Of a stretch of 64,000 bases of DNA, positions 52,376 to 64,000 are shown piece by piece (the first letter of the stretch is position 1; every line of letters starts with the position of its first letter). This DNA comes from Isurus oxyrinchus. Lineage: Eukaryota. The notes beneath the pieces were generated by a model. The model was not told the DNA's origin, made no database searches, and was given only the letters and a program-made list of their open reading frames with translations. The DNA lies in NCBI GenBank assembly GCA_026770705.1, contig JANJGN010000017.1, positions 77,748,001 to 77,812,000 of the forward strand. The letters are read 5' to 3'. Both the position numbers and the translations under genes were made by a program.

Positions 52376-52499
52376 GACAAGATCTCGTGTATTGGAAGGA
52401 GAAGAACCTGTACAGGAACGTTTTTTCTGCCCCCATTTTCTTCAGGCTCCTGGTGACATGATAGCTCATGAAGGACAAATATGCAGATTGGACTGCAAG
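52376..52499 (+). CDS. MYPN: Myopalladin coding exon (TRSRVLEGEEPVQERFFCPHFLQAPGDMIAHEGQICRLDCK)
   Basis: Acceptor aataacag|g and donor aag|gtaaaa; 124 nt, phase 2-0. QERFF.PHFLQAPGDM.AHEG..CRLDCK is the start of Ig4. Confidence 0.94.
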
Positions 52500-52883
52500 G
52501 TAAAAACTAACATTACAGTTAAATCACAGTGAGAAGTGTGACAAATTGAAGAACATTTTTATCTACAGTGTATTGTGGTATTGGTTTCCTTCTTTCTCTC
52601 AGTAGTTATAAACCCCGGTTAATTCAGAAAAATGTGGCCCAGCTTGTTTGGATGAATAACGAATGTTTATTGCCAGGTCAAGCTCTCAGAGGAAGAGCAC
52701 TTAACTCAATACAAGCATGTTATAGGCTTTTTGCATGTGATTTGCAGCTCTTTTCACATTTAAGGGACGCACATTTAAATTTGTTTGGGCTGTATCATTT
52801 TTTGATAACTATTTCTCAGTCATCTTGTAAAATTCAGGAGCTCATCTGAGATTGAAAGATTGATGTTAACTAAAAAAGTCAAT

Positions 52884-53519
52884 AAGCTGGATTTTGTCAG
52901 GGCAGCAGTGACCTTAATGATGGGCAACCCTGCCTCGGCAGTTTGGGCAACTCTGGCCAGATTTTATGCCCATCTTGTAGCTATTGAGCTGCTGCCAGGG
53001 CTTCTGTATTTGAGGTTGTGGAGCCTGGCTGTCACTGCAAGGTAAGAGGGGTTGGGTCTCACCAGGGCCAGTCAGGCAGGCCGACTAAGGTGGGTGATGG
53101 GATTGGTGAGGGCAGATGGGGTTTTGCCACAGGATGGACATTGCTGCGGGGGTGGTGGAGGAGCCCTCCATCATCCACAGAATGCCCAATTAGGAGGGCT
53201 CCCCTCCCCCAAAAGCCCAGAGGGAGGCCGGCAGTGTTCACCATGAGGTAGTCCCATGCGCTGGAGGCCTTGCCTGCTACTGGTAAAATGCCAGCGGTGG
53301 CCAGAACAGGACGTTAATTAGTCACATACATACCTCAGTTGACCTATGTGCAAAGGGGCAGCCTCCACATTCCTTGCTAGCAAAATGTCATGGTGATGGG
53401 AAGGCATCAAACATTCCATTCCCCCCACTTTCCCTCCTCAATATCACCACCGCTGCCTCCCACTCCCCACCTAGCCCAACTTCTTATCTCACTCCTGCAG
53501 GCCCCATAAAATTCAGCCC
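52884..53519. mobile_element. Harbinger-type MITE
   Basis: Imperfect TIRs aagctggatttt / aaaattcagccc; 3-bp TSD AAT. Confidence 0.6.
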
Positions 53520-53864
53520 AATATATGCATTGCAGTCATCAGTATATCAACTCGAGGAGCTAATTGTTACTGAAAAATCTATCATGTGATTGAAATAGGA
53601 ATCCAAATTATAGTAACCAGGCTCATGACAAATTACCTAAATATTACAGGGATAAAGACAAAGGAATATTCTGGGGCTCACTATTCCAGAAGTGGTCTAA
53701 GATCCTGAGCAACACAAAAATGTCAACAACATAACAGATGGCATCAAAGCTGTAATTAGTGACAACCATCTGACTTTTTAATCTTAGTTGGAAACTGGAT
53801 TGCTGAAATTTCACAGTTGGAACTGTTAACCATTTAGTCGTTTGGTAGTACAAAGCTTGAGTAC

Positions 53865-54497
53865 TGCTGAAAAAAGAGACATGTCAAAGTTTTTTGTCTT
53901 TCACTCATCATGGCACTTTGTAAGAATACCAATATAAGGGGAAAACAACAATTTATATTAGAAGAGAGTGCTGATAGATTGGCAAGTGGACTCTGATTGG
54001 TAGAGGCGTTGCCACGGAGAATGCACCAGTTGATGGTGACTGGCAGTTAACTGCCAGCATTGTTTGAAATTTAAACCAGGCAGCTTGACCCTGATTGGTC
54101 AAGGCACTGCCCTGAGGAATGAGTCAGTGAATAGCTGCCACTTATTTTGTTTAGCTGAAACAGGCACAATGTGTGTACACGTTCCTTCTGTCTACAAAGA
54201 ACAGGGCCCTATGTATTAATATATATAGTCCCCAATACACACAAATGCACCACACTGTGAGCCCGAATGACAATCTTAAATTGATTGTCAGCATAATTCT
54301 TACCACACTGAGGATTATTTAAGTGACAGCTATTTGCTGACTCATTCCTAAAGACTGGCAGATCATATCAAACAGCATGTCTCAGCCGCTGTTTGCAACG
54401 GCAAAGTACAGACCGTAGCCAACCAGCCTGTGATTGCAAAACATAGTGTCCAACATTAGATATGATTCCACAATTGGACAACATTTGCTAAATAATA
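53865..54497 (-). mobile_element. Second Penelope-like family: GIY-YIG 3' end with a 5' inversion
   Basis: The - strand reads LNNPQCGKNY..QFKIV..GPVLCRQKE. The + strand (54340-54497) reads RLADHIKQHV...DSTIGQHLLNN. Confidence 0.75.
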
Positions 54498-54989
54498 CCT
54501 CTTCCACTTGTAAGAAACCTTCTCCTGCAAGAGAAGATTAAAAGTGAATTGGCCTGAGGGCCAAGGTATTTGATGGATCAAATTGAGGCCACAGTGGCTG
54601 AAGGGTCAGATTGAGGGCCACAATTCCTTGTAATTTATTCTAATTTCTGGTATTCCATTACTCATGGAACAGTAATTTGTAAATTAAAATAAATTGAAAA
54701 ATTGGGTTGATGCATAACATGCTTAATATTTACAGGACATTTAATATATCTTATAACAATGTGAAATAAAATCTTTTTTTCTTATTAAATCATGTAAAAG
54801 TAAGTCTTGTGAATTGGCCTTCTTGGCATACAGCTCTGCACAATGTCAGCACTAACAAGAAATGGTCTGCAAAGAATGGCATACCTTAAGTGATCTGCCA
54901 TGTGACCTTTGCCAGTTAAGCTCTAGGAACACTGCCATGTAACCTGGGGATGGATTACATCTGCACACATGCATCAAAGCTTTCTAAAA

Positions 54990-56840
54990 CAACAACCTAT
55001 ATTTATATAGTAACTTTAACATAATACAGCATCCCAAGATGCTTCACCGGATCATTATAACGCAAAATTTGACACTGAGCCACATAAGGTGATATTAGGG
55101 CACATGGCCAAAAGCTTGGCTAAAGAACTAGGTTTGAAGGAACGTCCTGAAGGGAAAAAGAGTAGTAAATTGGAGAGATTTAGGGAGGGAATTCCACACC
55201 TTAGGTACTCGCCGTATGAAGGCCCAGCCATCACTAGTGGAGTGATTAAAATCGGGAATGTTCAGAAGGCCAGAATTAAGTGCAGATACCTCAGAGGCTT
55301 GTGAGGCTAGAGGAGATAAGAAGAGGCAAAGCCATGGAGGGATTTGAAAACAAGGATGAAAATTTTAAAAGCAAGATGTTGCTTGACTGGGAGCCATTGT
55401 AGGTCAGTGAGTAGGTCATTGGGTGATAGGTGAACAGGACTTGTTGTTCGTTAAGGCAGGCTAGCAGCAGAATTCTGGGTGATCTCTGCCTTGGAATAGT
55501 TGAGACTAGAAATAACAGACACAAATGAACTGAGAGGCAGGGGTGAAGCCAGGAAATGTTAAGAAGGTGGAAACAGGCAGTCTTAGTGATGGTGCAATTA
55601 TCTGGTCAGAAGCCCATCTCAGGATCAGATATGACTTCAAAGTTGCCAACACACTGGTTTAGTCTCAGACAATTGCCAGGGAGCGGGATGAAATTGATAG
55701 CTAGAAAACAGAGTTTGGAGGGGGGACTAAAAGCAGTGGCTTCAGTCTTCCTAGTGCTGGATGTTGGATAAGCAGCCTGATAATTTAGCAACAGTGAAGG
55801 AGTTAAGGGAGGCGGTGGTTGAGGCAGAGCTGGGTTTCATCAGCATATGGGTGAAAATTAATGCTGTGCTTTGAGATGATGTCACCAACGGTAGAATGTA
55901 AATGAGAAATATAGGAAGAGGCCAAGGATTGATCCTTGAGGGATACTGGAGGTAACGGTGAAGGAATGGGAAGCGAAGCAATTGCAAGTGATTCTATGGC
56001 TATGATTAGATAGATAACAGGGTCAAATGCTGCAGGCAGGCAAAGAAGGATGAAGAGGGATAGTTTATCTTTGTCACAGTCATATAAGATGTCATTTGTG
56101 ATCTTGATAAGAGCTGTTTTGTAACTGTGACAGGGCAGAAACCAGTTTGAAGGGATTCAAACATGGAGCTCCAGGAAAGGTAGGTGTGAATTTGGGAGGC
56201 TGCAATACATTTGGGAGAGGAAAGGGAGGTTGGAGATGGGATGATAGTTTACAAGGATGGTGGGGTCAAAGGTCTTTTTTTTAGGTGAGGGTGATGGCAG
56301 CAGATTAAGGGAGTTGGGACAATACCTAAAGAGAGAAATGTTAACAACATCCTAACATGGGGACCAGAAAGCAAATTGAATGGTCAGCAGTTTAGTGGAA
56401 ATAGAATGGAGTGAGAAGGAGATGGGTCTTGTGGACAAAATGAGCTTGACAAGGGCATGAGAGATGACAGGAGAGAAGCTGGAAAAAGATGTTGGACGTA
56501 GGCTAGGTCAGGGGTGAACTTTAGAGGAAGTTTGGCCCGTTGGACTAGTGGAAGGGGCAGCTGATTGGCTGGTCTCAATCTCAGTGACAAAGAAGTCCAT
56601 GAGCTCCTTGCACTTATTGTTAGAGGTGAGGATGGAGGAGACAGGGCAGAGCAGTTTAAGAAGATGAGTTGTGGTAGTGAAAATAAGTCAGGGGTATCTT
56701 TGCATTCCTGGATGATCCTGGAATAGTGAACAGCTTTAGCAGAGAAGAGCAGGTGGTATAGTCAATTCTGGAATTGAATAGCTAAACCAGTTGGTCACCA
56801 TATCCTTTCAAGTCTGCATCCCTTGGGTTTAAGAGAGTGG
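54990..56840 (-). mobile_element. Degenerate L2-clade LINE
   Basis: PQGS.LG and H.YAD.TQL remnants on the - strand; 3' end near 54990. Confidence 0.7.
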
Positions 56841-57165
56841 AGATGACTTGGGTAACTGGGATGTGTCCTTCCAAAGTGAGTGTGCACTCCATTTGAGAAA
56901 ACTCAAACCCTATAGATAAACATAGATTTTCAGGGGCTTGATATAGAGATTCTCAAATGTGGTAAAGTGTTTTAGCTGATTCCACCTAATGAGTGTAAGC
57001 TCCTAATATACATCTCAGAGTTGAATTGTGTATCACAAGGATATCAATTTGAAAAGCTGTAGTTTGTTAGAAAATTAGAGACAGTTTTCATTGCACTTTG
57101 CGTAGGATCAACACTTATCTTCAAGCCATTTTACCCTGTAATAAACATATTCCCTTTTTCTTCAG

Positions 57166-57373
57166 GTGAGTGGGCTACCAAATCCTGACCTTATCTGGCT
57201 GCTGAATGGAAAACCCATCTTACCAGATGTTACTCACAAGATGCTCGTGCGTGAAAATGGAATTCACTCCCTCTTGATTGATCATCTTACAGCAGGAGAT
57301 GCAGGAACTTATACATGCATTGCGACAAACAAAGCAGGACAAAGTTCCTTTAGTTTGGAGCTGTCTGTTGTAG
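57166..57373 (+). CDS. MYPN: Myopalladin coding exon, Ig4 (VSGLPNPDLIWLLNGKP...DAGTYTCIATNKAGQSSFSLELSVV)
   Basis: Acceptor ttcttcag|gtg and donor g|gtaaag; 208 nt. The gene continues beyond the window (Ig5 exons not seen). Confidence 0.95.
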
Positions 57374-57449
57374 GTAAAGTATAGTTCATACAAAGAGGAA
57401 AGTTTAAAAGTTTTCTGTAATTCTCATATAAACCAATTGACTGCCAAAG

Positions 57450-58850
57450 ATGCTCCTGTGAGCAATCACTTAATAATGATAAGGGGAATATTGAACTTCC
57501 CCAGTGGCTGCAGCATGGGTGATGGAAGGCTACTGCCCTCCAATTGAAGGGACTGCAGATGACCTTTGAGGGCAACCTCGAGCAGCCTCAGGCCTAGAAG
57601 CCCAGATGTAGGTTGCATAATTTCAGCAGCAGGTAACAGCAAAAGCACTGGTAGATTGTGGGAGAAGAAATAGGTTTCATGCTTCATGAAGCTAGTGCCA
57701 CTCTGTTGTAGTGGCGCCTCAGCAATCCTGTAGATCTGTTGGAGAACAGATTGATGGACAGATGTAATGCCCTGGAAGCACTTCTGCACCAGAACCATGA
57801 TGGTAGCAATCTGATCTTGCAAGGCAGCAGTTTCTACTGTAGCACTCAGATCCTTGTTGGAAATTGTTTGTGCTTCACTGGAAGCTGTGACATCAGCCAT
57901 CAGACATTGCATCATGGTGGGTGCCACAGGCATGACTGATGGAAATGACAACCTGTTCTATGTTGGAAAGAATAGGCTCCAAGCTCAACGTAAAGGCCTG
58001 TGCCACTTTGGAGCTGGACTTCTCCATGCTCCTTGACTTTGAGTACAAGCTTTCTGGTTATATATAACCATCAATCCGCTTCTACAGCCTGGCACATCAA
58101 AGCCTTCATCTGAATTGTTGCAGTAGAGCTAGTGGCAATCTCACCTTTTGGCAAACTGGTACCTTTGTTATTCTTGCCCTCTGTCCTCTTTGCACTCTGC
58201 CCAGTGTATCACCACATGCAGATCCCTTCTCCATCCGAGTCATTAAAATACTTGCAGCGTCAGTCTCTGAACTTGTGGCTGTAACTGTAAAATAGAGTGA
58301 TGGTGTCACTTCATCTTCACTGTCTTCTTTATCTTCCTCCACTGACTTGGAAGGCTGCAGTTCTTTGGTGTCTGAGATGATGAGTTGTGGTGAAGGGAAA
58401 AGAGAAAGTATGAGGTTTATGCTTCTAAATCAAAAGAGATTGAGGGACGCAGGAGAAGTGGTTTGACAGGAGGAGGATTAGATATACAGATACCCTCAGC
58501 ATCAGTCCTCCAGTCTGCCAGTGGCCACAACCTCAGTGATGCCCATTTTGATGATGACCAACAACGTCTCCAGCACGGTGTGTGGGACCAGATTCAGGGA
58601 TTCCCGACCCCATTCCCGTTGGTGGCAATTTTAGTGGTGTGGGATAAGAGTGAGGGTACTGAGCCCACATAAAAGCAGTCCCGATGTTGCTGACTCCATT
58701 GCAAGGATGGATACTTCAGACCCTACTCAATTTTGATGGAGTTGAGCCGGATTCTGAAGGCGACATGGTTCAGAGGTGTTGTGACCATGGGGGGAGTACT
58801 AGCCTAGAGTTGGGAACCTTTTGACAGGTGAGTTCAAAAGCTGTTGCCAA
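57450..58850 (-). mobile_element. Harbinger Myb-partner gene remnant
   Basis: Acidic segment MEEDKEDSEDE... and overall similarity in style to the other Harbinger partner ORFs; heavily decayed. Confidence 0.4.
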
Positions 58851-58861
58851 CTTCACATGCC

Positions 58862-61440
58862 ATACTGAATCACAGAATCACAGTGCAGAAGAGGCCCTTC
58901 GGCCCATCAAGTCTGCACCGACATGTGAGAAACACCTGACCTACCTAATCCCATTTACCAGCACTTGGCCCATAGCCTTGAATGTTATGACGTGCCAAGT
59001 GCTCATCCAGGTACTTTTTAAAAGATGTCAGGCAACCTGCCTCCACCACCCTCCCAGGCAGCGCATTCCAGACCGTCACCACCCGCTGTGTAAAAAAGCT
59101 TTTCCTCACATCCTCCCTAAACCTCCTGCCCCTCACCTTGAACTTGTGTCCCCTTGTGACTGACCCTTCAACTAAAGGGAACAGCTGCTCCCTATCCACC
59201 CTGTCCATGCCCCTCATGATCTTGTACATCTTGATCAGGTCGCCCCTCGGTCTTCTCTGCTCCAGCAAAAACAACCCAAGTCTACCCAACCTCTCTTCAT
59301 AACTTGAATGTTTCTTCCCAGGCAACATCCTGGTGAATCTCCTCTGCACCCCCTCCAGTGCAATCATACCCTTCCTATAATGTGGTGACCAGAACTGCAC
59401 ACAGTACTCCAGCTGTGGCCTCACCAAGGTTCTATACATCTCCAACATGACCTCCCTACTTCTGTAATCTATGCCTCGATTGATAAAGGCAAGTGTCCCA
59501 TATGCCTTTTTCACCACCCCACTAACATGTCCCTCTGCCTTCAGGGATCTGTGGACACACACGCCAAAGTCTCTTTGTCCCTCAGAACTTCCTGCTGTCA
59601 TGCCGTTCATTGAATACTTCCTTGTCAAATTACTCCTTCCAAAGTGTATCACCTCACACTTTTCAGGGTTAAATTCTGTCTGCCACTTATCTGCCCATTT
59701 GACCATCCCGTCTAAATCTTCCTGTAGCCCAAGACACTCAACCTCACTATTAACCACCCGACCAATCTTTGTGTCATCCGCAAACTTACTAATCCTACCC
59801 CCCACATAGTCATCTATGCCGCTTATATAAATGACAAATAAAAGGGGACCAAGCACAGATCCCTGTGGTACACCACTGGACACTGGCTTCCAGTCACTAA
59901 AGCATCCTTCTGTCATCACACTATGTCTCCTACAACTAAGCCAATTTTGAGCCCACTTATCAAATTACCCTGTATCCCATGTGCATCTGCCTTCCTTATA
60001 AGTCTCCCATGTGGGACCTTGTCAAAGGCTTTGCTGAAATCCATATAAACCACATTAACTGCACTACCTTCATCAACACACCTGTTCACCTCCTCAAAAA
60101 TTTCAATCAAATTTGTTAGGCATGACCTCCCTCTGACAAAGCCATGCTGACTATCCCTGATCAAACCTTGCCTCTCCAAGTGGAGATAGATTCTCTCCTT
60201 CAGTATTTTCTCCAATAGTTTCCCTACCACTGATGTGAGACTCACTGGCCTGCAGTTCCCTGGCTTATCTCTACAACCCTTCTTAAATAGCGGAACCACA
60301 TTAGCTGTTCTCCAGTCCTCTAGCATATCCCCTGTGGCCAGAGAGGAATTAAAAATTTGGGTCAGAGCCCCTGCGATCTCCTCCCTTGCCTCCCTCAGCA
60401 GTCTGGGACATAAATCATCCGGACCTGGAGATTTGTCCACTTTTAATCCTGCCAACACCTTCAATACCTTGTCACTTCCTATATCAGTTTGCCTAAGAAC
60501 CTTGCAGTCTCTCTCTCCGAGTTCGATACCTTCATCCTCATTCTCTTGGGTGAAGACGGATGTGAAGTATTCATTCAACACTCTAGCGTTGTCCTCTGGC
60601 TCCACCCGTAGATTGCCCCCTTGGTCCCTTATGTGCCCTACTCTTTCCATGGCTATCCTCTTCCCATTGATATACTTATAGAATATCTTGGGATTTTCCC
60701 TACTTTTACCAGCCAGAGCTTTCTCATATCCCCTTTTTGCTCTTCTAATTGCTTTCTTAAGCTCCACCCTGCACTTTCTGTACACCACTAATGCCTCCGC
60801 TGATTTGCTTCCCTTGTACCTGCTAAAAGTCTCTCTTTTCCTTCTCATAGTAACCTGAATATCTCTGGTCATCCATGGTTCTCTGGGCTTGTTACTCCTT
60901 CCTATCACCCTAGAGGGAACATGTTGAGCCTGAACCCCGCCCCCCCCACATTACCTTTTTGAACGCCCTCTACTGCTCCTCTGTAGATTTCCCCACAAGT
61001 AGCTGTTCCCAGTCTACCTTAGCCAGATCCTGCCTTATTTGACTAAAATCCACTCTCCCCCAATCCAAAACATTTTTTTGCAACTTGTCGATTTCTTTGT
61101 CCATAACAAACTTAAACTGTACCATGTTGTAGTCGCTATCACTAAAATGCTCACCCACCACCACCTCAGCCACCTGTCCAGCTTCATTCTCCAGAATTAA
61201 GTCCAGCTCTGCGCTGTCCCTTGTTAGACCTTCCACATATTAACCTAAAAAGTTCTCCTGTACACATTTCAAGAAATCCAGTCCATCCAAGCCCTTAGCA
61301 CTATGTCTATCCCAATTAATGTTGGGAAAGTTGAAATCACCTAATATAATTACCCTATTGTTATTGTTTTTACACATCTCTGCAAATTTTGCACATTTGT
61401 TCCTCAATTTACCGCTGACTATCTGGGAGCCTATAATAAA
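58862..61440 (-). mobile_element. CR1 LINE, 5'-truncated ORF2 (EN end plus RT)
   Basis: ORFs 60970-61236, 59916-60908 and 58945-59919 (KSPGPD, QHGFVRGRSCLTNL, DFSKAFD, GVPQGSVLGP, FADD); (cacagaat) tail. Confidence 0.95.
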
Positions 61441-62509
61441 GTGCTGCGTGATAAGTTAAATATGCTTTTCATGCAGTGATTGATGAATGGGCTTTGTTCT
61501 TTAAGTTGCAACCATTAAATTAATCAGCATTATGTAAGTGGAAAAGTATTTTGATGCATTGGAGTACATTATCCAGTGGAGAAAGTGCACATGCTACGAC
61601 TGAGAGAAGCTGTATAGAAATTTGGTTTGAATGAGTGGGTTGCTGGAAAATTGCAAACATCAACAATTGAAAAGAAGTGAAGCGAGACTGTGAATAATTG
61701 GAAGAAAAACCACATGATATTCTCAGAATTCCTTCTATTTTCCATATATCAAGTTGCTTTTCTACTTGTGACACAAGATAACACAACATGAATGTCCATT
61801 CGCTGCTTGAGAAACCAGTTTAAAAAATCCTTTTCCATTTGAGGAGGCTATCTTAGAAATCATTACCAAGATGAGTGTAGGAGAACAGTTCAGAGCTATT
61901 GCTGCAATCCTGGTTACCAATCAACATTCTTATTGTGCCATACATGCTAACAACACTGCAAGTAGATTTAAATAGTAATTAACCTGGAAATTAAACAACA
62001 CTACCACATGAATTCATCACCTATTACTAAACTATTTCATGCCAGGAATAAGATAAATCCAGATAAATTGTTGTCTTACAGTGCTCATACAATTACCCAG
62101 CCTAAATGGGGATGATTTTCCGATGCTTTGTATCCTAAGTATGTTAAAACAAAGTGGAGAGAAAACGGCTGAAGTCCCATGAGCCCCAGCCATTTTGTGC
62201 TTCATGGAGACTTGTGAGGTTTCTCCTAGGGCAGTGTAAAACTATTGAATTAAAAGGGTTAGAGAAAATCAGGGGCCATCTATAGATGAAATCGGACCAG
62301 GTTAGATGTCAGGAGATTTTCTTATTGCAGAGGCTGTTCGATTTTTGGAAGAAGTTGTTAGCCCATACATTGAGAGTGGATTCGTTGCAATTAGGAGCTG
62401 GACAAGGCTGAACCTGATACCTTTGCATAGGTGGGGCATTTGGTCATGTTCCACATGGTCAGTAATCCCATAAATATGTTCTGAGTGTCAAGGTTTCTTT
62501 TGAAGAGTG

Positions 62510-63119
62510 AGGCAGGATTTTCTGGATGGCTGGGGGGGTGGGGGGGGGGGCGCGGAGCGGGTGCAGGCAGGCGTGGACCCGATAGCCGCTCTTGTGGGCG
62601 GCGGGTCAATTAAGGCCCGCCCGGCATATTTCAAAACTCTCGTGCATAGCGGGAGTGGGCGGGCGGTGGCGGGCACGCTCAGGCCGCCGGATTCAGTGGC
62701 AACCCAGCGGCCTGTATAAAGGAAGGCCTGGCAGCCTTGGAAAGGCTGCTCACAATGGCTGGCCGAAGGGCTCTGCAGAAGGACAACGGAGGTGACGCAA
62801 GTCCGGAGGGTAGGCCATCGGGGCAGGCCAGGCTGGAGGGTAGGGCGGGGAGCCAGTGTGCCCCTCGTTTTTCTGACGACTGCCTTGCTACCCTCCTCGA
62901 GGAGCTTGCAGAATGGCAGGAGTTGCTGGCTCCCCAGGGGAAGGACAACCCCCCCACCCAGCCACTTGACAAAATGTGCCTGGGAGGAGGTGGCAGAGGT
63001 GCTGAGCTCCCGCAACGTGGGGTGGCACACCTGGATCCAATGTCACCAGCACTTCAATGACATGTTGCGCTCTGGAAGGGTGAGGACAATGTTGGCATTG
63101 ATCACTTAACCCCCATCAG

Positions 63120-63153
<34 letters not shown>

Positions 63154-64000
63154 CCACCACCCCTCCCCGCCCCCAAGTCTAGTGACTGCATTGAATCATT
63201 GACGACATGTGTCCTTCGCTGGGTGGGCCAGCAGATATTGCCAATGCTGAGGTCAGCCTGAGAGGTTGTGGGTTCTGCCCCTGCAGCATGTGGTACACTG
63301 ACTGTTTTGGGGGCAACCTGGAGGCGCTGTGCTTGAACTGCAGGACATGTCCAAGTCAGGGTGATGACATGCTGGGAGGAGAGCTTGAAGGTGGCGTGGC
63401 AACGAACCATCTGCTGCCCTCTGCGCTCCACGTGCTTGCGCCTCCTTGCTATGGAAGGATATACAGTGTGGTGCCTAATGTGATGTAGGCAGCATGTGAC
63501 CAAGGGGAAGTGGGGAGTGTGGGGAACAGGCCTAGCACCTTTGTGTGCATGTTCGGCAGCAGCGAGGTGAGGAGGCATTGGAGCCCTGATATGTCCCAAC
63601 CTGGTTGGGGTGGGCAGTTCGTGAAGAGATTCCATGTACAATTTGCACAAATCAATGCCATTCTTTCATTTTCAGGAGAAGAATGCTCATAATGTTGCAG
63701 AGTGTGTGAGGACTGGTGGCGGCCAACTGCAGTTAGCCATTCTCAGCTGGTTTGAGCAGAAGGCCCTGGATTTGAAGAGGCGCCATGCACCCAGGTCCAC
63801 TGGTGTTGGTGAGACTGGGATGCCACGGCCAGGTATGTATGCCCAGCATTGAGGTCAGCATTGTTCTCCCAACAGCCATAGCAGTGCTGAAAGTTAAGTG
63901 CTTTAATTTTGCAACAAGGCTTGACCATTGCTTATGGAAAGATGAACGCATAATGATCTGGGGGACGGGGATGCACTTTGTCATTGTCTCCACGTTAACT
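62510..64000 (+). mobile_element. Left part of a PIF/Harbinger transposon (Myb-like exons 1-2), runs off the window
   Basis: TIR ggcaggattttc; APRFSDDCL..LLEEL and AWEEVA....WIQC..HFNDMLRSGR|gtgagg; exon 2 tttcag|gagaagaatgct. Confidence 0.8.

Noticed and set aside
3681-57373. Palladin (PALLD) instead of MYPN
   Set aside because: The Ig3/Ig4 exons carry MYPN-type residues (FEQRLMNEIEFRLERTP, PTGKCIAPIFDK, DMIAHEG), and no RLTYEE..ARRLLG exon was found.
63123-63175. Functional G-quadruplex or poly-Gly ORFs
   Set aside because: Homopolymer runs inside transposons; length is unreliable and there is no other support.

Overview
Vertebrate genomic DNA, most likely a cartilaginous fish (inferred from the repeat repertoire, not proven). 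The + strand carries the middle-to-3' part of a myopalladin (MYPN) gene: seven phase-compatible coding exons (3681-57373) covering the Pro/Ser-rich region, Ig3 and Ig4, plus a candidate extra 51-nt cassette exon at 19024-19074. The introns are packed with mobile DNA: Penelope-like elements (RT + GIY-YIG) whose tails carry a minimal hammerhead-ribozyme variant, several two-gene PIF/Harbinger transposons and MITEs, CR1 and L2 LINEs, and tRNA-headed LINE derivatives. The most unusual structure is at 32983-36703. There, a 14-nt piece of host sequence (the end of a Harbinger Myb-like ORF) recurs five times, separated by heterogeneous tRNA-Thr-derived short elements. Two Tx1-clade retrotransposons have their 3' ends at the same nucleotide of that tRNA-like unit. 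This looks like a serial, same-site retro-insertion array. Repeat boundaries are approximate unless a TSD or TIR is quoted.
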